Assembly: GCF_028368995.1 (NCBI RefSeq)
Contig: NZ_JAQNDL010000003.1
Location: 96,001-160,000, forward strand
Length of the DNA stretch: 64,000 nt
From: Nannocystis bainbridge
Lineage (GTDB): Bacteria; Myxococcota_A; Polyangia; Nannocystales; Nannocystaceae
Direction of reading: 5' to 3'
Below, in pieces: positions 19,777 through 29,044 of the stretch (position 1 is its first letter; each line of letters starts with the position of its first letter). Under the pieces are notes generated by a model. The model was not told the DNA's origin. It did not search any database and was given only the letters and a program-made list of their open reading frames with translations. Both the position numbers and the translations under genes were made by a program.

Positions 19777-20967
19777 CTACGCATCGCACGCCGAAGCCCG
19801 CGACGCGGCGAGCGCCAGGAGAGCTCCGACGAGCGCGACGGCGGCCCCCGCGCCGCCGATTGCCTCGATGCCGCCGAGGCCGATCGCCGCGCCCCCGATG
19901 CTAGCGCCGAGCCCCTGGCCGAAGAACACCATCGAGCCGTTGAGCGCGAGCACAACGGGGCGGGCCTCGGGCCGGGTTACCGCAAGCAGCCGGGCCTGGA
20001 CGATCGGGGTGCGCGTGAACAGGGCCGACGCGCCGAGCACCATGCCGACGGCCAGCATCACGAGTACCGGCGCGCTGGCGATCGCGCTGGCGACGAGGCC
20101 CGGACCGCTCATCAGGGCCGAATACGACGCGAGCGAGAACGCCGAGACGAGGAAGCTGAGGACCAACACGCGCTGTGCGCCGGGCCGGTCGGCACTGCGC
20201 CCGCCGACGACGATGCCGACGATACTGCCGAGGCCGATCAGCATCTGCATCACGCCGATGCCCGAGCCCGTGAGGCCGGTGATCGCGGTGACGACCGGCC
20301 CGACATAGGCGATCACCGTGAAGGTGGAAGCAAAGCCGACGAGGGTCAGCAGGAGGTGGGCATGGACGGGACGCTCACGCACGATCGACAGGGCGTGGCG
20401 ATCGGTTCGTGTACCCCCGGGCATGGCCGGCAACACGAGGCGGATCGCCAGCGCCGCCGCGATCGCGATCACACCGGCATACACGAAGGTGCCGCGCCAG
20501 CCGGCGAGATCACCGATCGCGCTACCCACGGGGATCCCGAGCACGAACGCGAGGGTCATGCCGCCGAACACGATCGCCATCGCCTGCCCGCGACGCTCGG
20601 GCGGCGCGAGCTCGGCGGCCGCGATCGAGGAGATCGGTCCGACCAGCCCTGCCGTGAGACCGCAGAGGATCCGTATGACGATCAAGCCCCAAAATGTCGG
20701 GCTGACCGCGGCCAGGAGGTTGAGGCCGCCGAGCAATGCGAGCCCTGCGACGATCACCGGGCGCCGACCGAGGTGGGCGACGAGGCCGGCGATCAACGGC
20801 GCAGTGATCGCATACGTGAACGCGAAGGCGGTGGCCAGCTGCCCGGCCGCCGCGACTGGCTGGTCAAGCTCCTCGGCGAGGGCCTCGAGGTGGCCGGCAT
20901 ACACATAGGCCTCGGTACCGGTGGCGAAGCTCGCCAGCGCGAGCACAAAGATGGTGCGGCTCAGCAT
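19777..20967 (-). CDS. MFS transporter (DHA1/PbuE-like efflux)
   Basis: About 12 TM helices, LGRRPV loop, ELAPPERRGQAMA, LGIPVG...GWR. Confidence 0.9.
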   Translation of the reverse strand: MLSRTIFVLALASFATGTEAYVYAGHLEALAEELDQPVAAAGQLATAFAFTYAITAPLIAGLVAHLGRRPVIVAGLALLGGLNLLAAVSPTFWGLIVIRILCGLTAGLVGPISSIAAAELAPPERRGQAMAIVFGGMTLAFVLGIPVGSAIGDLAGWRGTFVYAGVIAIAAALAIRLVLPAMPGGTRTDRHALSIVRERPVHAHLLLTLVGFASTFTVIAYVGPVVTAITGLTGSGIGVMQMLIGLGSIVGIVVGGRSADRPGAQRVLVLSFLVSAFSLASYSALMSGPGLVASAIASAPVLVMLAVGMVLGASALFTRTPIVQARLLAVTRPEARPVVLALNGSMVFFGQGLGASIGGAAIGLGGIEAIGGAGAAVALVGALLALAASRASACDA

Positions 20968-20993
20968 GAATGGTCGCTCTCGCGGGGTCTCGC

Positions 20994-22325
20994 TCAGCGG
21001 GCGAGGCAGGCCATGAAGCGTTGAAACAGTTTGCGATCGCCGCGCAGACGCAGGCGTCCGCGCATCACGGCCCACACCGGACTGTGCTTGCCGCTGGCGA
21101 TCCCGAGCCAGGTCGCGGCGTCCGCCTCGACGACGACGTCCGCCGGGTCATCCTCGTGTTCGACGATCGTCAGCTTGCCCTCGGCCACGCGGATCGTCGC
21201 CACGAACTGCTCCGCCCCGGTGAAACGAAACCGCAGCGTCGCCGCCATATCCTTCGCGCGGCCGCGCTGGAAGATCAGCGGCAGCGCGAGCACGAAGCCA
21301 CGCGCCGAATCCGGGCTCAGCCCGCTGCGGACCCGCCGGAGCCGTTTGTGCGGGAACCGCCGGGCCGCGTGAGCCTCGGCATCCGAGCCCGCGAGCACAT
21401 ACAGCGGCTCCACCTTGTCCTGCAGCGGCCGCACGACCTGGCGCAGGAAACCAGCCTTCGCGTTCAGGTAGGTGCCGAGCACATCTTCGCCGGCGGGGCA
21501 CACGGCCATGCAATAGGCGGCCTTGTAATTGGGCCCGTAGGCCAGGCTCTGCCACATCGACACCGTCTCCTTGTCGCTGACGCGCTCGCGGTAGTCCCTG
21601 CCGTCCTTGCTGTCGGCGACAGTCGCCACCCAGTCGACGAATCCGCCCATGAACTCGCGATAGTTATGAGTATTGCAGGCCGAGAAGTCGAAGTGGCCGT
21701 CCGATTGGATCGCCCCGACCGGACACGCGCTGACGCACAGCTTGCAATCGATGCACGGGTTATAGTCGATCGGCTGGGTCTCGGCGTCCACGGGCGCGTC
21801 GGTCAGGACCGTGCCGAGCAGGATGAAATTTCCGAAGCGCGGGTGGATGAGGTTGCGGTGCAGGCCCATTTGTCCGAGGCCCGCGGCGACGGCGACGACC
21901 TTGTGCGAGACGACCCAGATCCGCGCGGGCCAGCGCGCCATCTCCATCGGGAAGGCGATCGAGGGGTTGACCGCGCGGTGGCCCTTCTCGACGAGCGCGC
22001 GTGCGATCGCCTGCGCGACCTCGTCGGCGTGATCACCGGTGCGATGAAACTCCTGATTGGCGACGCTGCGGGCCGGGCTGCGCACGCTGTCGCGATTCAT
22101 GCGCACGACGAAGGCGACCAGCGTGCGCACGCCCGGTAGCGCCTCCTCGACGAAGGGCCGCTCGGTGGCGACCTCGGGGCGGTCGATGGCGACGAAGCCG
22201 ACATCGTCCGCGCCGGCAGCGAGGGCCACCTCGCGTAGCCACGCGCTGGTGATACCGACGGGGACCGGCGCCGGTCGGCTCCGGATCTGTACGACCGTCG
22301 GGTGCTCTTGAACCTTGATCGCCAT
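20994..22325 (-). CDS. QueG/reductive-dehalogenase-like 4Fe-4S protein with C-terminal SCP2 lipid-binding domain
   Basis: AGADDVGF, SHKVVAVAAGLGQMG...HPRFG, CIDCKLCVSACP, YCMAVCP; C-terminal ADVVVEADAATW...GRLRLRGD (SCP2). Confidence 0.85.
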   Translation of the reverse strand: MAIKVQEHPTVVQIRSRPAPVPVGITSAWLREVALAAGADDVGFVAIDRPEVATERPFVEEALPGVRTLVAFVVRMNRDSVRSPARSVANQEFHRTGDHADEVAQAIARALVEKGHRAVNPSIAFPMEMARWPARIWVVSHKVVAVAAGLGQMGLHRNLIHPRFGNFILLGTVLTDAPVDAETQPIDYNPCIDCKLCVSACPVGAIQSDGHFDFSACNTHNYREFMGGFVDWVATVADSKDGRDYRERVSDKETVSMWQSLAYGPNYKAAYCMAVCPAGEDVLGTYLNAKAGFLRQVVRPLQDKVEPLYVLAGSDAEAHAARRFPHKRLRRVRSGLSPDSARGFVLALPLIFQRGRAKDMAATLRFRFTGAEQFVATIRVAEGKLTIVEHEDDPADVVVEADAATWLGIASGKHSPVWAVMRGRLRLRGDRKLFQRFMACLAR

Positions 22326-22399
22326 GTTCGTCTTTCTCTCAGCCGGAGGCTCCACGCGCGTCAAGTCCACGACGCGAATGGTGGGTAGATGCGTATGAG

Positions 22400-22413
22400 A
22401 TGATGGTCATCAT
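22400..22413. promoter_or_regulatory. Putative TetR operator ATGATGGTCATCAT
   Basis: Palindrome upstream of the Fe-S gene; 13/14 match at 23027-23040. Confidence 0.7.
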
Positions 22414-22473
22414 TCTATCGAGCAAAAAAAAGCCGCCGTGGCCGCTGCGACGCTCCCTGTGTGGTCGCACGGC

Positions 22474-23028
22474 TCAGCTCGGCGCCGACTCGCGCGCCGC
22501 GCGAAGGATCCGGTCGGCGAGCGCGGGGTCGTCGACGAGTCGACCGAGCACCACGGCGCCGACCATCGTCGCCGTGAGGCGCAGCGCCGCGTCACTTGGG
22601 GCCCGCGCCGACCGCCGCGGGTGGAGCTTCTTGTCGACCAATCGCAGCAGGCCGCGGGCCACCTCGGCGAAGGCCTTGCGAACGGAGGAAGGCTTGCGGC
22701 CGCCCTCGGCGCCCAGTGCCGCCAGCACGCAGCCTTGCTCGGGGTGCTCAAGATGTCCGGGCGACAAGTAGCGCTCGAGCGTCTGCCCGAGGCTGTTGCG
22801 GTCCGCGAACGTGTCCTCGGCAGTGCGGGCGGCGGCCGCGAGCACGGCCTCGGCGACCAGCTCGTCGCGGTTCTCAAAGTGCGCATAAAAGCCGCCGTGG
22901 GTGAGCCCGGCATTCTTCATGAGCGCAGGGATGCTGACACCCGACAGGCCGTCGCGGCGTAGCGCCTCCGAGGCAGCGCCGACGATCCGCTCGCGTATGG
23001 CCTCCTTGTGGCCCTCGGAGTATCGCAT
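22474..23028 (-). CDS. TetR-family transcriptional regulator
   Basis: MRYSEGHK...LMKNAGLTHGGFYAHF. Confidence 0.92.
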   Translation of the reverse strand: MRYSEGHKEAIRERIVGAASEALRRDGLSGVSIPALMKNAGLTHGGFYAHFENRDELVAEAVLAAAARTAEDTFADRNSLGQTLERYLSPGHLEHPEQGCVLAALGAEGGRKPSSVRKAFAEVARGLLRLVDKKLHPRRSARAPSDAALRLTATMVGAVVLGRLVDDPALADRILRAARESAPS

Positions 23029-23040
23029 GTTGGTCATCAT
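23027..23040. promoter_or_regulatory. Putative TetR autoregulatory operator ATGTTGGTCATCAT
   Basis: Overlaps the tetR start codon; matches 22400-22413. Confidence 0.7.
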
Positions 23041-23237
23041 ACCATGACCGGCCCCGCTGACAAGCGCGAAGGTGCGGCACGTTCTTGCGCGGCACCCGCA
23101 TCCGCTGAGGTCGGCGCAGCCCGGTGTGCGGTGAGCGGGCAGTGATCGGCTGGCCGAGCGTGACGAGCGACAGGCCGGATCAACGGGATGCGCGACGACA
23201 GACAACCTGGTCCGAAGACCAGGCCCGGCAGGCACCC

Positions 23238-23513
23238 GAAGTGCAATTCGAACGCGGCGAGCTCGAGGCGGCGCGCTCGTTGTACGAAGAGTCGCGGTCC
23301 ATCATCGACGAGTTGGTGCGGTCGTTCCCGCAGAAGCTCACCGAGCTCGCGCGGCTCCGCCGGGCGCAGGGCGACCGCACGCTGGCCCTCGACGCAGCGA
23401 ACCGGGCGCGATCGATCCTCGGGGCCCTGCTCGCCAGTCCTCCCTCGCCTCTGCCGGAGTGGGAGGACTGCGCGCGACAGGTGAACGCACTCATCACCGA
23501 GCTCAATGCCTAG
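23238..23513 (+). pseudogene. TPR-protein C-terminal fragment
   Basis: RGELEAARSLYEESRSI...LTELARLRRAQGD helical repeats with no credible N-terminus. Confidence 0.45.
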
Positions 23514-23519
23514 CCGATC

Positions 23520-23800
23520 GAGTCGTGCGACGCGCGCGCGGCCGCGTGCGCGGCGACCCCGCGCATCACCGCGGTCAGCACGGCGAGCGCTGGCGCGGGG
23601 AGCTGATCGCGGACGGTGAGGCGCTGCTGTGGGCGGCGCTGGGTCCTCGCCCGGGCCTGCGGGCGCTGCGGGCGACGATCCACGCGGTGCACGCAGATCG
23701 CCGGCGCTCGGGGGTGACCGACTGGGCGGCGATCCTGACGCTGTACGGCACGCTGCTGCTGCTGCGCGACGACCCGGTGATCCGGGTCAATCGGGCGCGG
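23520..23800 (+). pseudogene. Fragment of ECF sigma factor C-terminal extension (ECF42/DUF6596-type)
   Basis: RW.GELIADG...RPG...ATIHAVHA...TDWAAILTLY...DPVIRVNRA. Confidence 0.65.
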
Positions 23801-23904
23801 GCGAATTCGGGCCTGCACGGTGACCAGCTCCAGGCCGACATCAAGCTCCTGCTCGATCGCACGCGCCGGTGCCTGTGGGGCGGCCTTGTCGTCGCCGAGC
23901 GCTC

Positions 23905-24286
23905 GGGCGTCGTCGCGGAGCGTGTCATGGTCATTCAGGTCTTCGTAGCCGCACAGAAGGCCCAGCACACGCTGCGCCAGCAGCTCCTCGACGGTGTGCT
24001 CGATGCGGCTCGGGTCGCGGTGGTCCCGGAAGCAGGACGCGAACCTTCGAAACACACCTGAGCTCTTGGTCAGCTCGCGCAGCAGCAGCAAACCGCCGTC
24101 CGAGCTGACCCGTCCGGCGTCGAACGCAGCCTCGACCCGGCGGCGTCCGGCAGGTTGAAAATCGAACTCGGCGCGGATACACCTTGTCGTGTTCCGGCCG
24201 TACCCCTGGGTGGCCAGCAATCGTTTCACACCCGCTCAAACTCGGGAAGTACGGCCGGAATTCCTTACCGTGGTGAGAAATCCGGG
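23905..24286 (-). mobile_element. Truncated IS1380-family element (left end and transposase N-terminus)
   Basis: EAAFDAGRVSSDGGLLLLRE...FRDHRDPSRIEHTVEELLAQRVLGLLCGYEDLNDHDTLR. Terminus CCCGGATTTCTCAC on the minus strand abuts CTAG at 24287-24290. Confidence 0.85.
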
Positions 24287-26686
24287 CTAGCGCCGGGGCC
24301 CGAGGTTCGTGCGGACCAGCAATTGCGAGAAACTCTCGAGGAACTCCTGCTTCGAGATGTTGTTGTCGCGGCTGATGTCGCTCGAGCGCAGGAACTCGTG
24401 GATCTCCTCGTCGGCGTAGCCCATCGCCCGGAACTTCGCCTCGACCTCGGCGCGGTCGAGCTGGCCGTCATTGTTGGCGTCGATCTCCTCGAACACCTGG
24501 GCCATCGAGTCGCGGAAAAGCGCCCGCGAGATGCCGCGGCGGAACTCGCGTTCGAGCATGTCGAGGAAGGTGTCGTCGCCGAAGTCGGTCAGCCACGGGT
24601 TCATCACCGTCGAGCGCAGGACCGTGACGGCGTGCCCCGGGCCCTCGACGCCGAGGCGGCGCTTGTAGCTGTCCATGAACTGCGCGCCGTAGTGCGCGTC
24701 CTCGAAGTCGGTGGTGGTCACCAGCAGCGGGTGGCCGGACGGGTCCTCGCCCGGGCGCAGGCTCAGGACCTCGTAGACGGCCTTGTTCAGGCGGTTCGCC
24801 TGGGCCAGGCTCGTATTCATGCGGCCGTCCGGGTGCTTGAAGTTGAAGGCGTAGGTGAGGATGTTGAGGTCGGGCCCGATCTCGGCGAACAGCGCCATCG
24901 CCTCCTCGTCGGCGAGCAGCTCCTCGGGGTCGCGGCCGTCGATCCGCCAGCGGATGAACTCGGTCTGCGCGGCGACGTCGCCGCCGGCGATCTCGGCCGG
25001 CAGGCGCGGCACGGGGACGACGACGAAGTTGTCCTCGGGGCGGGCCATGCAGAGCAGGCGGGCATAGACCCGCCGGCAGTTGAAAAGCGCCTTGCGGTGG
25101 ATGCTGCCGTAGCCGCTGCGGCTCGGGCGGATCACCTTGTGCGCCAAGAACACCGCGGCGACCGCCGCCCCGGGCTTCGAGCCCTCGACGCCGTAGATGC
25201 CGACCGAAGGCTCGTCTTGCGCGTGCAGGATGTAGGGCGCTTTGAAGGTGACCAGGTCGCGCATCGCCGCGTTGCGGTAGCAGAGGGCCCCGGCCGGGTA
25301 AGGGATGTAACCCGACTTGTGAGGGTCGACGGTGACGGAGTCGGCCTGCTGCAGCACGGCGTACTGGGTCTCGGTGTAGCGGCTGAAGCCGACCTCGGCG
25401 CGCGGCGAGGCGGGCGCGGGCTGCTTGCCGGCCGGGGCGTCGTCGTCGCGGAGGATGCTGACGTGATAGCCGCCCCACGCGGCGTCGGCGTGCACGGTGA
25501 ACTCGAGGCCCCTCTCGCGCAGTTGGTCGCGCAGCGCGAGGATCTCGCGCAGCGGATCGACGGCGCTCTCCTCGGTGCTGCCGATCACGCCGACGACCGT
25601 GTACACCGGCCGGCGCTCCGCCAGGCAGCTCAGCAAGATCCGCTCGAGATCGGGGATGCTCATGCGCGCGTTCTCGTCGAGCGGGACGTCGAGCACGTTG
25701 GCGGCGCCGATCCCGAGGATCGCGGCCGCCTTGGGGAACGAGTAGTGCTTGGTGGCCGGGACCAGGATCACCGGCGGGCTGCGCAGCTCGCCGACGTAGC
25801 GGCTGAAGAACGCGTGCATGCCCAGGCTCTGCGGCGAGACCTTCGCCAGCGCCGCAGTGATGACGTCGGGCGAGATCCCGAACTCCGCGGTGATGCGCGC
25901 CGGCAGGGCCAGGATGTCGTCGCCCTGCAGGTTGCACAGCGACCACGCGTCGAGCTCGCGCAGCAGCGCCGAAGCGCCGCCCGGCCCCCGCACGCGCAGC
26001 TCGCTCGCGGCGGCCAGCGACGGGTCCTCTCGCAGCGCCGCCTGCATGGCGACCGGGTAGAGCTTGAGGTTGCGCGCCGACCAGATCGCCTCGATGTTGG
26101 CGACGGTGCCGCCGCTGGTGATGTGGCCCCACGGGCGCACCGCGCCGGCCTGGCACGCGGCCTTGTCCGGCAGCGGGTAGCCGATCATGCGGCACAGATC
26201 GTCGCCGACCAGCAGCTCGAGGATCGTCGTCGCCGTCGAGCCCTCGAAGGCGACGTTGTTGGGGTTGTAGAGCATCGCCGCGAAGTAACCGAGGACCGCC
26301 GGCATCGCGGTGTCCCAGTTCATGTGCCCCTGGTAGCGGGTGCTGAAGAACGGCATCGATTTCTTCAAGAAGCCGAGCAGCGAGCGGTAGCTGTCGGTGA
26401 GGCTGCCCATCGCCTGCACGTATTCGGGCTGGCGCTTGACCGCCTCGGTGACGAGGGTCGGATCGCCGGGGTGGAAGTTGCGGCGCCAGAACGCCTGATC
26501 GCGGATCGCCTCGACGATCAGCCGCTCGAACTCCTCCGCGTTCTCCGCCTTGGAGCCCAGGAACCACGCCTCGGGCGACGAGGTACCCGGGCCTTCGAGG
26601 TAGGGGATCTCCACGTGTTGAAGGAATTGATCGACGGCGCCCGCAGAGACCTGGGGTCCCCGCTTTCGATTGGGTCGTTGGGTCAT
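24287..26686 (-). CDS. Group II PLP-dependent decarboxylase (tyrosine/aromatic amino-acid decarboxylase-like) with two C-terminal EF-hands
   Basis: WFLGSKAEN, RYQGHM, YNPNNV, WGHITSGGTVAN, HYSFPKAA, HADAAWGGY, DPHKSGY (PLP lysine); DANNDGQLDRAE and DISRDNNISKQE. Confidence 0.9.
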   Translation of the reverse strand: MTQRPNRKRGPQVSAGAVDQFLQHVEIPYLEGPGTSSPEAWFLGSKAENAEEFERLIVEAIRDQAFWRRNFHPGDPTLVTEAVKRQPEYVQAMGSLTDSYRSLLGFLKKSMPFFSTRYQGHMNWDTAMPAVLGYFAAMLYNPNNVAFEGSTATTILELLVGDDLCRMIGYPLPDKAACQAGAVRPWGHITSGGTVANIEAIWSARNLKLYPVAMQAALREDPSLAAASELRVRGPGGASALLRELDAWSLCNLQGDDILALPARITAEFGISPDVITAALAKVSPQSLGMHAFFSRYVGELRSPPVILVPATKHYSFPKAAAILGIGAANVLDVPLDENARMSIPDLERILLSCLAERRPVYTVVGVIGSTEESAVDPLREILALRDQLRERGLEFTVHADAAWGGYHVSILRDDDAPAGKQPAPASPRAEVGFSRYTETQYAVLQQADSVTVDPHKSGYIPYPAGALCYRNAAMRDLVTFKAPYILHAQDEPSVGIYGVEGSKPGAAVAAVFLAHKVIRPSRSGYGSIHRKALFNCRRVYARLLCMARPEDNFVVVPVPRLPAEIAGGDVAAQTEFIRWRIDGRDPEELLADEEAMALFAEIGPDLNILTYAFNFKHPDGRMNTSLAQANRLNKAVYEVLSLRPGEDPSGHPLLVTTTDFEDAHYGAQFMDSYKRRLGVEGPGHAVTVLRSTVMNPWLTDFGDDTFLDMLEREFRRGISRALFRDSMAQVFEEIDANNDGQLDRAEVEAKFRAMGYADEEIHEFLRSSDISRDNNISKQEFLESFSQLLVRTNLGPRR

Positions 26687-27018
26687 TGGAATCGCTCTCC
26701 TGGCAGGTCCGAAAATGAGGTGGGCGGAGCTTCGCACAATCGCCGCGGGGCCGGGACGGCGCGTCGCTGCGGGCGGTGATGCGCGCGCGCGAGCCCGGGG
26801 CCGGAGGCGCCCAATGGCCGGAGAGTCACCAGCGAGGCCCTGCGGTCCTCGCCGACGCGAATGCGCAGTTTCGCAGCGCTCGCCGTCGGGTCGGCCCGGC
26901 CCGCGATCGACGCGGATCTCAGCCGCGGCACGGCCGGGGACGCGCCCTTCGAGCGCACCTTTTTAAAAAGGCGGGGCAAGCTCGCGAAATCTTCATGGAC
27001 AGCCCCTCGCGCGCCGGC

Positions 27019-27849
27019 TCACGGCGCCGTCGCGTGGTGCATGAAATCGACGTAGGCCGTCAGCGCCTCCGCTTGCGCATAGCGGCCGTCGAGCGCCAGG
27101 CGGTCGCCGAGGGCCAGCAAGGCCCCCCACAGCATGTAGGCCCATAGCTCGCTGTCGCCGCGGCGCAGCTCCCCGGCGGCGATCGCCCGGCGCAGGCTCG
27201 GCTCCGCGTTCATCACCATGCGGTGCAGGGCCTCGCGCGCGCGCGCGGCCACCTCCGCGTCGCGCCCCTGCGCGGCCGCTCCGAGCAGGTTCGTCAGCGT
27301 GCGATAGCCGGCGAACCGCGACAGCACCGCCTGCGCCCGCATGCGCCCCTCGTCGATCAGCGGCGTCTGTCTCGCTGCGAGCTGCGCCCGCGTCGTCGCC
27401 GGCACCAGCGACAGGCGCAGGCGATCGAGGCACTCGACGAACAGCTCGCGCTTGCTGGCGAAATGTTGATACACCGTCGCCTTGCCGACCCCCGCCGCGC
27501 GCGCGATCGCCTGCACGTCGGCGCCCTCGAACCCGCGCTCGAGGAACAACCGGGCCGCCGCGTCGAGGATCGCCGCGCGACGATCCTCCGCGCCCTCGCG
27601 GCGCCGTCGCGGCCGCCTGGCCGGCGTCCGCGGACGCTGGCGAGTGGCCAGGCGCTCGCGGATCTCCGCCAGCCCGAGCCCCTGGGCCCGCAGCCCCTTG
27701 ATCTCGCGCAGCCGCGCCACGTGCTCGTCGCCGAAGTGGTGGAGCCGCGGACCCAGAGTTTCGGGCCGCGGCAGCAGACCGAGGTCGAGGTAGTGGTGGA
27801 TGGTCGAGCGATGCGTGCCGCTGACCCGTGAAAGCTCCGCGATCTTCAT
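27019..27849 (-). CDS. MerR-HTH + TetR fusion transcriptional regulator
   Basis: MKIAELSRVSG...TIHHYLDLGLLP (MerR) followed by ILDAAARLF...IARAAGVGKATVYQHFASK (TetR). Confidence 0.88.
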   Translation of the reverse strand: MKIAELSRVSGTHRSTIHHYLDLGLLPRPETLGPRLHHFGDEHVARLREIKGLRAQGLGLAEIRERLATRQRPRTPARRPRRRREGAEDRRAAILDAAARLFLERGFEGADVQAIARAAGVGKATVYQHFASKRELFVECLDRLRLSLVPATTRAQLAARQTPLIDEGRMRAQAVLSRFAGYRTLTNLLGAAAQGRDAEVAARAREALHRMVMNAEPSLRRAIAAGELRRGDSELWAYMLWGALLALGDRLALDGRYAQAEALTAYVDFMHHATAP

Positions 27850-27877
27850 CCTCGACGCCCCTCCGCCTCGGCATGGT

Positions 27878-27912
27878 TTGTATTGCACAACCCTGATTTT
27901 TGTATAATGCAA
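27878..27912. promoter_or_regulatory. AT-rich paired boxes TTGTATTGCACAA / TTGTATAATGCAA in divergent promoter
   Basis: Two TTG-N7-CAA boxes between the regulator and the depolymerase gene. Confidence 0.55.
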
Positions 27913-27980
27913 TTATCGCCGACACGGCGCTTCCGTGCAGCCCTGTTGTTCTCCTGACCCGACCGTGATAGCTTCGTGGC

Positions 27981-29033
27981 ATGGAGTTCTCTGCGCCGCC
28001 GCCGTGGTCATTCGCCCTCGCCCTCGCCCTCGTCGCTTGCGGGTCCACCGGCGGAGCCACGACCGACGACGCGACCGTCACCGGGGACAGCTCGTCGACC
28101 GGCGACGTCACCTCGACCTCGACCGGCACCTCCGCCCCCACCACCGGGTCCGACACCACCGGTCCTGCCGACACCACCACCACGTCGAGCACCACCGACG
28201 CGACCACCACCACGTCGAGCACCACCGAGCCCGCGACCACCACGAATGACACCACCACCGGCGATGACACCGGCGTCGGCCCGGGCTCGCGCTGCGAAGA
28301 GACGGCGACTACCATCACCTGCCCCAAGATCACCGTCGAGCTCGGCCCGTGGCAGCGCGACGTGCATTATCAGGTCCCGCTGGGTCAGCCGCCGGCGGGT
28401 GGTTGGCCGGTCGTGCTGATGTTCCAGGGCTCGTTCTTCAGCGCCGAGATCACCTGGATCGCCACCGACGACCTGCCCTTCGGCGCCTATTATCAGACCC
28501 ACGTCGTCAAGCGTTTGCTCGATCACGGCTACGCCGTCATCACCCCCGAGGCCAAGCTCGACGGCGGCACCTTCTGGGACACCAACATCCCGCCGTTTTC
28601 GCTCAACTGGGAGTCGTCGGAGGATCACCAGCTCATGCTGCTGATCTTCGCCGGCATCGCCGAGGGCGCCTTTGGCCCGCTCGACGCCGGGCGCCTGTTC
28701 GCCACCGGCATCTCGAGCGGCGGCTACATGACGAGCCGCATGGCCGTCTCCTACCCCGGCAAGTTCCGCGCCCTGGCGATCGCCGCCGGCTCGTACGCCA
28801 CCTGCTCGGGGCCGCTGTGCAGCGTGCCTGACCTCGACGACGGCCACCCGCCGACCCTGTTCCTCCACGGCGAGATCGATCTGACCGTGCCGCTCTCCAC
28901 TGCGGAGGAATACTACGACGAGCTGCTGGCCTCCGGCGTCGACGCGCGACTCGTCACCGAGCCCGGCGAGGGCCACGCGTGGATCGCCGCCTCGCCCGAA
29001 GAGGTCCAGGCCTGGTTCGACGGCCACCCCTGA
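27981..29033 (+). CDS. phaZ: Lipoprotein: Thr-rich linker + extracellular mcl-PHA depolymerase-like domain
   Basis: Lipobox LVAC; WPVVLMFQGSFF, GISSGGYMTSRMA lipase box, HPPTLFLHG.ID, GHAW resemble the Pseudomonas-type extracellular mcl-PHA depolymerase family. Confidence 0.75.
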   Translation: MEFSAPPPWSFALALALVACGSTGGATTDDATVTGDSSSTGDVTSTSTGTSAPTTGSDTTGPADTTTTSSTTDATTTTSSTTEPATTTNDTTTGDDTGVGPGSRCEETATTITCPKITVELGPWQRDVHYQVPLGQPPAGGWPVVLMFQGSFFSAEITWIATDDLPFGAYYQTHVVKRLLDHGYAVITPEAKLDGGTFWDTNIPPFSLNWESSEDHQLMLLIFAGIAEGAFGPLDAGRLFATGISSGGYMTSRMAVSYPGKFRALAIAAGSYATCSGPLCSVPDLDDGHPPTLFLHGEIDLTVPLSTAEEYYDELLASGVDARLVTEPGEGHAWIAASPEEVQAWFDGHP

Positions 29034-29044
29034 TTGTCATCACC

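Noticed and set aside
23510-24229. Intact 239-aa transposase
   Set aside because: Only about the first 105 aa resemble IS1380; the rest is antisense of other fragments and the catalytic core is missing.
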